Assembly (NCBI RefSeq): GCF_036321535.1
Contig: NC_087472.1
Coordinates: 102,922,001-102,986,000, forward strand
Source of the DNA: Camelus dromedarius
Taxonomy: Eukaryota
DNA length: 64,000 nucleotides
Direction: 5' to 3'
Shown here: positions 38,650 through 52,333 of the stretch, in pieces
How positions within the stretch are numbered: position 1 is the first letter of the stretch
How the letters are laid out: each line of letters opens with the position of its first letter
Translations under genes and position numbers: made by a program
Notes under the pieces: generated by a model
Told to the model about the DNA's origin: nothing
Database searches by the model: none
Seen by the model: the letters and a program-made list of their open reading frames with translations, nothing else

Positions 38650-40732
38650 ATTGCCAATTATATAGCCAATGAAGAAGTTACATTTGGAATATACAAAGAA
38701 GCCTTACAACTCATTTATAAAAAGAAAATAACCTAATTTCAAAATTGGCAAAGGATCTAATTAGACATTTCTCCAAAGAAGATATAAAAATGGCCGATAA
38801 GCACATGAAAATACATTCAACATCTTTAGTCACTAGGGAAATGCAAATCCAAATTACAGTGAGATTCCACTTAACACCCATTAGGACAGTTATAATTAAA
38901 AAGACACACAATAACAAGTCAAGAAACTGGAACTCTCATATGTTGCTGATGGGAATGTAAAATGGTGCAGCCACTCTCGAAAACAATATGGTAGTTCTTC
39001 GAAATGTTAAACACAAGAGTTACCACATGACCCAACAATTCCACTCCTAGATATATATGCAAGAGAAATTCAAATATACACCCACACAAATGTTCATAGC
39101 AGCATTATTCATAATTGATAAGAAGTAGAAATAACCCCAATGTCCATGAATGGACAAACAAATGATGCATGGATAAACAATGGATAGAATATGGATGGCA
39201 TATCCACATGATGGAATATTGTTTGGTAATAAAAAGAAAAGAAGTAGTAATACATGTTACAGAACGGATAAACCTTGCAAAATACTGTGATAAGTGAAAG
39301 AAGCCAGACACAAAACACCACATATTGTATGACTCCACTTATATGAAATGTCCAGAATAAGCAAATCCATACACACAGAAAATAGATTAGTGGTTTCCAG
39401 GGGCTGAGGAGGGGAGGAGAGAATGGGGAGTGATTGCTAATGGGCACTGGGTTTCTTTTTGGGGTAATGAAAATGTTCTAAAATTAGATTGTGGTGGTGG
39501 TTGCACTCTGTGAACATGTTAAAAACCACTGAATTGCACATTTTATTTTATTTTCTGTTGTGATTTTTTAAAACATTTTTTGTTGAGTTATAGTCATTTT
39601 ACAATGTTGTATCAAACTCCAGTGTAGAGCACAATTTTTCAGTTATGCATGAACATACATATATTCATTGTCACATTTTTTTTCGCTGTGAACTACCACA
39701 AGATCTTGTATATATTTCCCTGTGCTATACGGTATAATCTTGTTTATCTATTCTACATATGCCTGTCAGTATCTACAAATTTTGAATTCCCAGTCTATCC
39801 CTTCCCACCCCCTGACCCCTTGGCAACTACAAGTTTGTATTCTATATCTATGAGTCTGTTTCTGTTTTGTATTTATGTATTTATGTTCTTTTTTTTTTTT
39901 AGATTCCACATATGAGTGATCTCATATGATATTTTTCTTTCTCTTTCTGGCTTACTTCACTTAGAATGACATTCTCCAGGAGCATCCATGTTGCTGCAAA
40001 TGACGTTATGTTGTCGGTTTTTATGGCTGAGTAGTATTCCATTGTATAAATATACCACTTCTTCTTTATCCAGTCATCTGTCGATGGACATTTAGGCTAT
40101 TTCCATGTCTTGGCTATTGTAAATAGTGCTGCTATGAACATTGGGGTGCAGATGTCTTTTTGAAGTAGGGTTCCTTCTGGATAGATGCCCAGGAGTGGGA
40201 TTGCTGGGTCATATGGAAAGTCTATTTCTAGTCTTTTGAGAAATCTCCATACTGTTTTCCATATTGGCTTCACCAGACTACAGTCCCACCAACAGTATAG
40301 GAGGGTTCCCTTTTCTCCACAGCTTCGCCAGCATTTGTCATTTGTGGACTTTTGAATGATGTCCATTCTGGCTGGTGTGAGGTGATACCTCACTGTAGTT
40401 TTGATTTGCATTTCTCTGATCATTAGCAATACTGAGCATTTTCTCATGTGCCTATTGGCCACTTGTATGTCTTCGTTGGAGAATTGCTTGTTTAGGTCTT
40501 CTGCCCATTTTTGGATTGGGTTTTTTGGTTTTTTCTTATTAAGTCGTATGAGCTGCTTATATATTCTGGAGATCAAGCCTTTGTCGGTCTCATCATTTGC
40601 AAAAATTTTCTCCCATTCTGTAGGTTGTCGTTTTGTTTTACTTTTGGTTTCCTTTGCCATGCAGAAGAACTGTACATTTTAAGTGGGTAAAATGTATGTA
40701 TGTGAATTACATCTCAATAAAGCTGTTAAAAA
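38650..40732 (+). mobile_element. Old L1 (L1MB-like) 3' portion: 38650-39545, with its terminus resuming at 40667-40732
   Basis: ORF2-like AKDLIRHFSKEDIKMADKHMK; L1MB-type 3' UTR. The terminal atgtgaattacatctcaataaagctgttaaaaa lies after the nested insertion. Confidence 0.88.
39546..40666 (-). mobile_element. Young 5'-truncated L1 with 187-aa open ORF2 C-terminal fragment
   Basis: 40097-40660 translates [13 protein letters not shown]...[12 protein letters not shown]...[20 protein letters not shown] gaa(t/c)tg(c/t)acatttta at 39531-39545 and 40667-40681. Confidence 0.95.
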
Positions 40733-40745
40733 TAATTGCTATTGC

Positions 40746-41363
40746 ACCCCAATGTTCATAGCAGCACTATTTACAATAGCCAAAACATGGAAACAGCCTA
40801 AATGTCCATCAACAGGTGACTGGATAAAGAAGAGGTGGTATATTTATACAATGGAATACTACTCAGCCATGAAAACCGACAACATAATGCCATTTGCAGC
40901 AACATGGATGCTCCTGGAGAATGTCATTCTAAGTGAAGTAAGCCAGAAAGAGAAAGAAAAATACCATATGAGATCACTCATATGTGGAATCTAATAAACA
41001 AAAACAAAAACAAACAAACAAACAAAAACAAAGCGTAAATAAAGGACAGAAATAGACTCACAGACAGAGAATACAGACTTGTGGTTACCAGGGGGGTGGA
41101 GGGTGGGAAGGGATAGACTGGGATTTCAAAATTGTAGAATAGACTACACTGTATAGCACAGGGAAATATACACAAAATGTTATGATAACTCACAGAGAAA
41201 AAAATGTGACAATGAGTGTGTATATGTCCATGAATAACTGAAAAATTGTGCTGAACACTGGAATTTGACACAACATTGTAAAATGATTATAAATCAATAA
41301 AAAATGTTAAAAAAAATAAACCAAAAAAAATTTAAAAAAAATAAAAATAAAAGTGAAAAAAAA
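40746..41363 (+). mobile_element. Young 5'-truncated L1
   Basis: [21 protein letters not shown]..., 3' UTR and a long A-rich tail. TSD aattgctattgc at 40734-40745 and 41364-41375. Confidence 0.95.
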
Positions 41364-41899
41364 AATTGCTATTGCCAGTTCCTTGGAGCAATTCAGAGAC
41401 AGATAAGCAAGAGGGATTACTAATCTGTTAAAATAATTTCTATGTTTTTATGCATCTCTAAACCTAAAGCCATGACCCACTGTTCACTAACGCCACCAGT
41501 ATTACAAAAAGTAAAGGATTAAAAGTGAGAGCAAATTTATCTGCATATGCACAGCTTAGTGAAATGCTCCAGGCGAGAAATGAGTACAACAGGTTGAGGC
41601 AAGACATTGTTTTCTTAAAAGTACAACTTACCCTTTAAAATACAAGTTCTTCTCCTGCCTCTGAAAATTAACAGCTACTCAGCTATTTTTATTTCTGAAA
41701 CTGAAGTGTTTTGGCAGTTGTGAGAGCTATGAAATATCTCTGGAAAATCTATTGGAAAAGAACCATTCCCTAAGGTCTTACAACCAGTGCTCACTCCAAG
41801 CAGGCAAGAGGTTGAACGGGCAACATGACCATCACTTGAATGCATGACTTATTCACTCTAGGTCTCTGCACACTCTGGAAACCAAGATATGCTCTTCAA

Positions 41900-42735
41900 T
41901 TTTAGTTTGAAATAATTTAAAATTTAGAGAAAAGTTGCAAAAATAGTATAAAAAAAAACCTCCCATGTACACATTATCCATATCCACTACTTTTAGTAAT
42001 TTGTCACATTTGCTTTATCATACTCTCCCTCTCTCTCTCTCCATATACACACACACACACACTTTTTTTTTTTTCCTGAACTTTTTGCAGATAGCATGCA
42101 CATTTATCCCTTAATCCTTCAGTGTGGATTTCCTAAATATCCTAACATACTCCCAACATATACCCTTACATAACCACAGTACAGTTTTTGAAACTGGAAA
42201 ATTTAGCATTGATGCAGTATTTTTATCTAATCTATAGTCTGTGTTCCAATTTTATTGATTCTTCCAACAATGTATTTTACAGCAATTTTTTTTCTAGTAC
42301 AGGATCCAGTCCAGGATCACATGTTAGTTGGCATGTGTATTTAGTCTCCTTCAATCTAGAACAATCTAGTTCTTAAGCCTTTTATTTTCTTTTTCTTTTT
42401 TTGTCTTTCATCAATATTTTATTTCATTCATTATTTCTAAAGAATATGGGCCAGTTATTTAATAGAATATCCCTTGATAGGGGTTTATCTAATATTTTCT
42501 TATGATTCAAGTCAAGTGATGCGTCTGGCTGGAAAAACTACTTGAGTGATGTTGTGTCTTTCTTGGGTCTCATATCTGGAAGCACATCATGCCCATTTGG
42601 CCTTATTGTTGATATTATTTTTGGTCATTTTGTTAAAGTCTGGTTCCTTCACTGTATAGATTTTCCTTTTGTAACTTTATAAGCAATCAGTGAGGAGATA
42701 CTGTGAGACTACATAAATATCCTATTCCTCATTAA
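41900..42735 (-). mobile_element. Old L1 3' UTR (L1MC4/5-like)
   Basis: ttgaaaataatttaaaatttagagaaaagttgcaaaaatagta; ttacataaccacagtacagt; aggatccagtccaggatcacatg. Confidence 0.7.
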
Positions 42736-44007
42736 GTTCCCTTCCAACTCAAATTTAAAGAGAATTTAAAATAAGCATCACAATTTTAAAAAATAGTCTT
42801 AAAACCCTTGACACTTACAGAGGTTGTCTTCTCGCTACATGTTTGTGGTGAAGTTGTCTTAGATTTCAGACCCAGGGGGGCAGGAACTGGTCCGTGAAAC
42901 TTACTTGGTACAGAATGCAATTGTGATATGGGTTCATAATAACTATGAAAAATTCTTAGCAGCAGTGACAGATGAGCTTAGATTGCATATTTCAGATATG
43001 ATACATCCACTCTATGGAATGCTATACAGTAGTTTTAAAACTGGAAATAGTTTCATATATACTGAAATTGAAATATCTCCAAGAAATGTTTAAGTGAAAA
43101 AAGCAGGATATATAAAGCTATGCACAGTATAATCCCATTTATGTTTTTTAAAACTATATTTGTACTTCTACATATTCATATATGGAAATTTATGGACACT
43201 CTCCTGGAAGAATACACACCAAACTGTTAACAGTAATTACCTCTCTGGAGGCGAATGGGAAATTGGAAAGGGGGTGGTGCTTGGTCTATGGAGAATAAGA
43301 TATTCACTTTTTAGTCTAGACATCTCTGTTTTTAGAACAGGAATGTCTTTATATTTTATTAAAGTATATATATGTTAAAAAATATATTTGCTAAAAACAC
43401 TTACATTAACATTGTTTTCACAATTTCCTTTTTGACAGCCTGATTACTAATCATGTGAATAAAAGGCCTTGCAGATAAATAAAGTCCCCTTTGCCTCCAT
43501 CATACTGATATATATGTGATACATACATGTGAAGTGTATATTGTGATGTGTATGAGTATGCCTATGGGATATGTATGTCGTGCTCCCCCAAAATTAAAAA
43601 CTGAGACATAATTTTCTACCATTCCCCAATAGGCCTAACTTCCACAGTTGGTGGTTATTTAACCTGTAGAGATTTGAGGTAATTATATTGAACTTGTCAT
43701 TACTCTAGCAAACCAATGTAATTAGCCTCCAAGAACATATAGTGAACAGACCTCAGACACTGGCTCAGGGAAGTAGAGATGGAAGACGGTGAAGAGTTAA
43801 CACAGTCTCTCTGGGTCTTTTCAATTGTGATTTGTGTAGAGAGTGTCACATAGCACTTTACTTATGGTAGCTGCTATTTTTTAACTTGTTATTTATGGAA
43901 AATTTCAAAAAATACAAAAGTAGACCGTACCTCAATTTAGCCATCACCCACCACCCAGTTTTAATAATTACCAACTCAGTTAATTTTGTTTCATCTCCCC
44001 CGGCCCC

Positions 44008-44519
44008 TGACCACCATAGTGGGGGACTATTCTCCATGGGTCTCTTGTGTTTCTGCATATTGCGTGAACAGAGGTGCACTATCTTTTCAAGGATGTTTGT
44101 ATAGTGAACAGTCTTGGACGATAAAGACAGAGTTTCTCTTCAGAGCACAGGGCAGATTTATTTACTGACCAATGTAATAGAGACAGTGTCTACCTCCAGT
44201 GCAACGTCACATAGGTTTGCTTACTGCTCACTATAAAAGATTCAGGTTCTCTAAGCTCAGGGGTCCCCAGCTGTGATGCAAACCTACTGCTTGCACAACA
44301 ACCACCTGGGCCATTTCCCAGTGCTCCATGGGACTTGGAAAGCAAGAGGGATCTGATGTGAATGTGAAACTCATGCTGCCTGCTGTTTGGTGAATAATAA
44401 AGTCCTTTTTTTTTGACCCAAGGGTTTTATGTCTCCTGACAGCATTCGTGAAACTGTGGCAGACTAACTTGTGAGCTTGTAAGTAGGGTAAAATCTAAGA
44501 GTCTTTGAAGTTCTTGACA
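44008..44519 (+). mobile_element. Old solo LTR (ERVL/ERV1 class; subfamily uncertain)
   Basis: TATA (ctataaaa, about 44231), AATAAA (about 44396), ends gttcttgaca. It interrupts an old L1 fragment. Confidence 0.7.
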
Positions 44520-44698
44520 CCCAATTTCTCTCTCCCATATTATTCTGACATTACATTATTTCATCCATAAATATTTTGGTAGGTGGAAACTATTTGGAGT
44601 ATTCTTGGAAACTATTAAAATCAAAGATGATGGAACTTAATTCCCCACGAGTGTTTACTAACATATACCAACATCCCAGGTATCAAGTTTGGTAACTA

Positions 44699-45023
44699 CA
44701 GGCCCGTGATCCCTTTGCCCAAAGAAACTCTTGGGATTAAATATATTTCAAAACTCAGATTTTTCAGATTTTAAGAAGGTCATGGAGAACATAAAATATA
44801 TATTAAATACCATGTGCAGTAGGGCCTGGGGCAGCACACAGTAAGCAAACAATGATATTTTTGCCATGAAACATGAATATTCACACAAAGTAAGATAAAG
44901 AGAGACTATAAATAACCTCTCTTTAGTTCAACTCAAATTTTATCACCAAACAAGGTACAATGAAATTCTAGCTCATCAGAGTTTGAGGATTTTCAGACAT
45001 GCAGATAAAGAACTAGGGATCTG
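44699..45023. mobile_element. MER46C-like Tigger DNA transposon
   Basis: ta-caggcccgtgatccctt start; cagatttttcagattttaagaagg; ctggggcagcac; gactataaataacctc. Confidence 0.6.
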
Positions 45024-47809
45024 AGCCTCTTTAATTGAGTTCAAGACTCAGGTCCTTAGCATCCTGGTAAAGAGAACTATTAAAAAAAAAAAACTTTTCA
45101 CAGAACTTTTATTAGTAAGCTTGGCCTCTTTTTAAAATAGGGCCAAAATGAAGCTCTTTGATGCACTGATAAGATTTCCACTCACATGTACTAATTTCAC
45201 TATATTAGTGACATGTGATATTTTATCATGTTTCTATTTCATAAGCATTGAACATTTCTGAGCTCTCCTGATCAAAGTGGAAAATCAACGATAAAGTCAT
45301 TTGAATAACAGATACACAAAAGGTCATGTACAAAAATTAAAAGGCAGGATGTTTAACCAAGGATGAATAAAAAAGGGGCCTGGATTAGAATAAATTGTGC
45401 CTGGAAGGTTAGGGGTTATTTACAGCTGTGCTCAGCCAGCAAGAGGAAAAAGGTTTGCAGTCTGTACACAAATCATGTTCATGTCAGACAGAGAAAGCAG
45501 GATACCCAGGAAGACTTTTCCTTCTGCTCTCCTGCTAAGCAATGTATAGGCTGGTAAAGCTGAATTTAGAAGAGATGAGAACATGGTCCCAGAACATTTA
45601 ACTACTCTAAATACTATCAACCTCTTCAAGTTTGATGGATTTCATCTCTAAGCAGGGGAAAGGAATGTCACATTATTTACTGAGTATCCACTATGTATCT
45701 GACAATTTGCCAGGTGCTTTTTGTACTATTATCCTAATAAAGATAAGGAAGGTAAAGTTCAGGGAGGCTGAATAATCTGAACAAATGAATGACTATATGT
45801 GGAAAAGCATCTGTTACAATTTGCTAAGTGCCAGGCACTGTTATATGCATTTCAATACATAGATGCATGATACAGTACTCAAACCTTCAGGGAGTTCCCA
45901 ATTTAGTAGTAGAGACAGATACATAAGCACCTAATTATAGTGTAAATTCAAATGTGACTGCTGTGGCTCAGAATTTTAAAGCCAGACTATGTCACTGAGA
46001 AAAACTGCACTGCAGAAAAAGAGAAAGGAAATTTTTTACCAATGAGGGGCTGGGGATAATCCATCCTAGTTTCTGAAAACATTGAAATTTAAGGCTTTCT
46101 TTTATATTCAAAAGTAAAGTAAGATGCCTTCTGAGAACTGCCTTGTGCTTTTCAGGGAAGAGGGTCTTTATGACCCTTGAGTAGGCAGGGGGATGTTGGA
46201 TGTTATGCCATAAATAGGCAAATTCAAAAGGCTACAGAAAAGAGTACTGATAGCTATGGGAGTGTAAAGGCTCAGAAAGTCAGTATCACTCCCTTTTATA
46301 GGTTTTCATAGCTCATCTTACTTACCTGCTCCTTCCAAGGATTGACAGCAAGCTAATCAACCTATAGCCTGAAGAATGCGCCTCCTTATCGGAAAAGAGA
46401 AAGCCCATTTGCCCAGGGCTCACTGCCCAGAATCTTTCCTGACATTGCCGATTTCTCCAAGATTTCAGACAATATTTTCATCTACTGGATCTTTTGCTTG
46501 GCTTGGTACAAAGAACACAGGTTTTGGGTTCATATGTTGGCGCTGTCACCCTCTCTGAACTATAGTTTCTCCCTAGCATACAGAATTTTAAAAATACAAC
46601 ACAACATTAAAAAAAAACACACACCAAAAACCTAAATAGGAGACAATGTCTTAGCAGAGTGGAGAACTCATCCATCATTAGATAATGGCATCCCATAGTC
46701 ATTATTTGGAAAAATGTAAAACTGAGTGTTGCTAAAAACAATTCAACTCTGAAATAAATACATGCTCCTGTTACAAGAAAGGAGGTATATTTATGAAAAT
46801 GTAATTGAAGTGACAGCAAAAGCAAAAAAAATAAGACAATTAAAAGCAAAATTATGCAATTATAATCTTTAGTCAAGCACCTCTCCCTCCCCATATTACT
46901 ATGGATAATTTCTGTTGCTACCTTAGATTCTGGCCTTAAAATCAGGAGGTATAGGCATAGGCATTCTCTACCAGCCTGTATTCTGACCTCCAGTCCACTC
47001 CTACACTCTCCTCTGGAGAGGAAACATGTTAAGTAGGTTCTGATGGGTGAGAGGAGGAAGACATCTCCAGGGCAGCACGGTGGGGACACTGCCCAATAAG
47101 GTTGACCTGTTGGAGACTCAGGTGGCCAGAAGCCACCGGAACTCACCAAGTTCCTGGAGTTAAGAAAACACCACAGAGCAGTTTCCATAGATTATCTTTT
47201 CTCAGTCATTTCTATTCACTCTGGGAATGGAATCTCCTATACTCCTCTTGGCAATGAAATTGAGACTTGGGGGACAGTTAAAATAATTTCTCTTCCAACC
47301 ACGCAATGATTTTATATGATCAGCAAAATCCTGATTTTTGAAATCCCAAATAATCAACATTTCTTCCTTTACACAGGCTCTTCTTCCTCTCACTACTCTC
47401 TGCTTACGGAATTCTTCCTCATCACTCAGATCCCTCAACAACTTTCAGTCAATTTTCCTGACTCCCATTCTACCACTATGCTCCAAAAACACTACTGAAG
47501 TACTTGTATAATGAAATTTATCACAATGATTTTTTTTCCTCTACTCTTATTTCTTTCACCAATCTTTAAGCTTCTCAGTCATTAATATAGTTCTATTCCT
47601 TTCTGACGTGCTGTGAATATATTGTGATGTTTGGCACCAAGTAAAGTTAATGAAGGTTTATGGATTAAAGAATTAAACATTAAAGAATTTGGGCTTAAAC
47701 TTTCTTATATGTCCATCCTGTTTGGAGTTCAATCACACTAGTATGTTTTATTTTTGTACTTCCTGACATTGTGTTATACATGTTGGAATTTTCTTAATTT
47801 CTTATTATT

Positions 47810-48376
47810 TGTGGTAGGCAGCCTCTGATACAGCTCCCAGTGAGCCTTACTTCCTGGCATTCAAACTCTTGTCTATTCCCCTCCCTTTGAGTATAGGTTG
47901 GACCTTGTAACCAATAGAATACAGTAATAGTGATGAGGTGTCCCTTGCAAAATTAGGTTACAAAACACTATGACCATCTTGCTAGTGTGCTTTCTCTTGC
48001 TGGCACCCTCTCCTGCCCTGTGGCTTGGTCCCTCGATGATGCCAACTGCCATGTGTGAGATGCTCTACGGTTGGCCCACGTGGCACAGGGCTGAGGAAGG
48101 CTTCCTGCCAAGCAGCTCATGAGGGACTGAGGCCCCAGTCCAACAACTTGTGAGGAACTGAATCCTGCCAACAACCACATGAGTGTGAGCTTGGAAGTGG
48201 ATCCTGCCCAGCCAGTCCTTGAGATGATGGCCACCTGTGAGAGAGCCTGATACAGAGGCTCCTGCTGATCCACGCCCAGATTCCTGACCAACAGAAACTG
48301 CAAGATCATAAATGTGTGCTGCTTTAAACTTCTAACTGTTGGGGTTATTGTTACTTGGCCATAGATAACTAATACA
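47810..48376 (+). mobile_element. MaLR solo LTR (MLT1E/F-like)
   Basis: tgtggtaggcagcctct...atagataactaataca; exact 5-bp TSD ttatt on both sides. Confidence 0.9.
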
Positions 48377-50011
48377 TTATTAATCAATCAGCTAGGGTTC
48401 ACAGATGATAAAACCTGGTAATAGTAAAATGCATAGTTTGGTTTATTATTAAGCATAATTATTGGTTTGTAACATGTATTATCAAATCATTCTTCCAGAT
48501 TCAAAACTGTTTTCCATTCATCAAAATGGCTTATATCCAGCTTTACCAACTCAACCTTGCATTGATTTGGGCTTATGCTAAGCACCAGTTAAAAATCCAG
48601 AATATTTATACACATTCATTCCACAAGAAATTATTGGGTGCATACCATGTGCCTTGAGTTTGGGGCACAATTTCTCCCTAGCATAAATAATTTTCTTTGA
48701 GCACGGGTTACAATACTGAATAAGAATGTTTCTATCCTCAGAAAATTAGAAACTAGTGGGGCAAAAGACATCTAGACAGATAATTTCTTGCTTTTATTTC
48801 AAGTGATAGAAACCATAAAAGAATGTGTGCATTGCAGGCCTATGCCCACTGAGACAAGGTAATTAATCCAATGTGAGGAGTGGAGACATTATTCAGGGCC
48901 TAGGGAGCATCTTCAAGGATGCCTAAGCATCGTAGAGATAAAGAGGAAGAAGAAGACTCCAGACCAAGAGAATGGAATAAACTAAGGAAATTATCTAAAT
49001 AAATTTCCCAGCACAGTAGCTTTGGTGAAATAGCACTAAACATACTCTTAATAAGTTAACTATTCTTTACAAGAACTGTGTGGTCCATTATTATTAGTAC
49101 AGAAAAGCGAAAACAAATGGGAGTGATTCACAAAACTGGATCAAAGCAGTTAAAAACTGGATTTAGGATAATTTCCTGAAGTGCTTGTAGCCAGTGCCTT
49201 GGTTCATAAAACTGGACTTGTCATCTCTCCTTTACTTATGATTCTTAAATGAACCTTAAACTCCCTGAATGAGAAGATAATCAGGAACCTCACAAATTAA
49301 TGGCTATAAAACTTCACTTCTTAAACACTTACGCCCTGACTTCTCTCAATTAACTTAATAATTACCACAAAGAAAGCTAAAAGAACTGCACTGAAGGTGC
49401 TTTTAAAACCAAACACCAGGTGAGACTAAAGATGAGTGAATAAAACAAGCTTCTAGAGCCGGATATACAATTAATCTTTAATCAGATATTAAAAGGGTTA
49501 AACAAATAAATATATAATATATTTAATACTGGTCTCTCAAGGTTCAATTTCCCTGGCAAAATGCCTACCCTTCTTACACTTCTTGAAAAAAGTCTTCCCC
49601 ATCCTCCAAATGAAATACATTTAGACCAGGGAGTCCTTGCTTCATTCCCAACATGTTTTTACTTTTATGGCAATTCCATTTTATAGCCAATTAGCAATGA
49701 ACAAGATACCATCCTGTGTTTGAGCTGAACTAAGTTCGTAAGCTTTAAAGGCTGAGCCACTTAAGCATGGTTAGAACCAAGTAAAATGCAGAGCCTCATC
49801 TATGATATGCCTGATTATGGCCGTGCATGTTAGACATGTTCCCTGGTTGGAGGACTGATGGCGAAACAGGGCTGCACAAAACCCTGATATTACAAAGAAG
49901 TTGGAGCTGGAGAGGGACAGGATCTTGTGAATTCCTCTTTCTCTTCTCTCTAGCCAGGAGCAGGGGAACCTCTGGGGGATTCTGGGAATCGTAAAATTGT
50001 TTACATGCCCC

Positions 50012-50014
<3 letters not shown>

Positions 50015-50064
<50 letters not shown>
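50015..50064. repeat. (AC)~25 microsatellite
   Basis: Directly visible pure array. It generates the spurious CVCVCV ORFs. Confidence 0.97.
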
Positions 50065-50066
<2 letters not shown>

Positions 50067-50289
50067 GCACACCTCTCCATACCCTACGCTCTCCAATGCC
50101 ACAGCTCAGTCTTACATATACTCTATGATAAAGAGAATATGTTTTACCTGAAATCTGCTTGCTTGGAATTGTAAACGCAAAATCTCTTTGAACATAATAT
50201 TTATCATTTAGGTACTCTACTATGTGTCCAGCAGCTTTTAAATGTTATTTCTTGGGACACTTTCTTGGAGGACCTTCATCCACCATCTA

Positions 50290-50605
50290 ATAAATGTGGC
50301 CACCTGTAGGCACCATGCTGGGGAGACCACACAAGGAGGCCATACAAAGACAGAGAAGCTCAGGGATCCCCATCTGTTCTAGCCCCAAGCTCTTTAGATT
50401 TTCCAGCACAGGCACCAGACATAAGAATGAAGGAGCCTCTGAGATGGCCCCAACATCAGCTGCTATGATCTTCGGACAAATACCAAGAGAAACTGCCTGG
50501 CTAAGATCAGTCAACACCCACACTGGTAAGCACAATAAGTGATTGTTGTCTTTTTAAGCCCTGTTGTGGGGTGTTCTGATATCCAGCTATAGATAGCTGG
50601 AGTAG
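50290..50605 (+). mobile_element. MaLR LTR fragment (MLT1G/H-like)
   Basis: cagcacaggcaccagacataagaatgaaggagcct; ttgttgtctttttaagccc..ccagctatagatagctgg. Confidence 0.6.
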
Positions 50606-51789
50606 CCTTTGAGTAAGAAGAACATCTGTCTGGATCTCCGGTCATCAGACTGCTAATTCTGGTCATCTCAGATATGAACTGTTTGGCACCACATCCCATC
50701 GTCCACCTCTAGCACTCACTGAATATTCCTACTTTGGCTGCATGTTGAGCCTACCAAGACAACCTTTACAGGGAAAGGAGGACTGATCTCAGGTTAAAGA
50801 TGACTGTAGCAGCACTCACTTATCCAAATACATGGGTGCCTGTGTGTATCCAATACAGTATCACACGAGCAGTCAACCATTTCACCTTGGATTCCAAGAC
50901 TTTACACCCAGAAACACTCTTCAGTTATAGCCCTTCCAGCCCTGTGCCCTTAACAGAAACACACTTCCAAGCCTTTTCATCTGTTTATCACAGCCTACTT
51001 AAACTATTGCCAGACTTGAATTGGCGATGCAATTTGGGAATACATTCTAAAACTATTACTTCATCGAAAAAATGAAGAATATTTTAGCTTTTAAGAAAAC
51101 ATCCTAAATTAAAAATTAATCAGCTAGCTCAAGGAGGCATATTTCTCAGCTTTAAGAATATATTCATATACAGTATGAGAGTTTAAGCTTACACTGTATT
51201 CAAGAAGAATTACTTTTGCTTCAAAAAAGAAGTTCTGTCCTAATCTAGGATATTAAACATACTAGCACACACACACATACAAGAATATACCTGTGGGCAA
51301 AATTTAACAAAAAAGAAAACCTGCTTTCCTAAAAGGCAAACAGAAGCTGTACCAAATGTGTGTAGACAACAGGAACAAGTAAGACACACGTTAACCAAAT
51401 TGATAAATGGTAGGTTATCAGAGGAGAAATCAGGCTTGATCAGTAAATTTTCCCAGCAGGACTGATCCAGTGTGACACAGCAAGAATTTCGCCAGCTCAA
51501 GGGAGCACTGCATAGGCAGGAAGCTAACTGCTGTGAATGGCAGGCTGTGTTCCTGTGTGGGTCTCTGTGAGATGGGGGAGAACACTATAGAAAGCAGCAC
51601 TATAGTTTAAAAGAAAAGTCTCATGTTTGTGCTTAGCTCTTTTATTTTCCAAAGCATTTTTGAAGTAAATAAATGTGTCCGCCATTGAGGTGCAAACCCA
51701 GCATGCTCATGTCATGTTTATAAAGGCAATCTGGCAAATTGAGAAGAGTAGCCTTTCAAAACAGAAGAGTCTTCTGCTTCCCCTGCTTC

Positions 51790-51960
51790 TGCTACCCACT
51801 AGCTCTGTGAACTCACCTAAGATACATAATCTCTCTGACCTTTGATTCTTTGCTGGTAAAATGGGGATTATAATGCACACAATTGTAGTAGGGGTTAAAT
51901 GAGACAATACTGTAAATTGCCAGTTGTCTGCCTAGAACACTCTAGGTATTTAATTATTAA
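51790..51960 (+). mobile_element. MIR SINE
   Basis: ctgctacccactagctctgtgaact..ataatctctctgacct..gtaaaatggggattataat..gttaaatgagacaat. Confidence 0.7.
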
Positions 51961-52333
51961 TTATATACATTAAATATTAAAATAATTAATTGCTAATATA
52001 TTTCTTAATAAACATTATTTCATTTGGAACATTGCCTTTATAATATTAATAATAATATATAATATTTAAAATAATTTTTTAAAACTCTCTGGTCAAAGAA
52101 TCAAGTGACCTGGTTCTAATCCAAACTCTGCTCTTTATACAATATATGATCTGGGAAAGTTGCTTTCCATTTATTTATGAGACTCAGTTTCCTTTTGGTT
52201 AAAAATAAATAAAGATTTTTGAATTTGCTGATACTGTCTCTCCTGACAGAAAAACAGAAACATTTTAGCAATTTAATGACTTTAAGTTCATTTGATTCTA
52301 ATTTGTTTTCTTTGTCCAAGAAGGTCACCTTGA

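Noticed and set aside
40097..40994. 187-aa and 103-aa ORFs as host genes, or as one twin-primed inverted L1
   Set aside because: Both are L1 ORF2p C-terminal fragments. They overlap in L1 coordinates and have separate tails and TSDs.
46607..47188. 193-aa hydrophobic ORF, the longest in the window
   Set aside because: No recognisable family. The hydrophobic stretch comes from T-rich low-complexity sequence, and there is no exon or promoter support.
49771..50080. ORFs with CVCVCV repeats
   Set aside because: They are translations of the (AC)n microsatellite.
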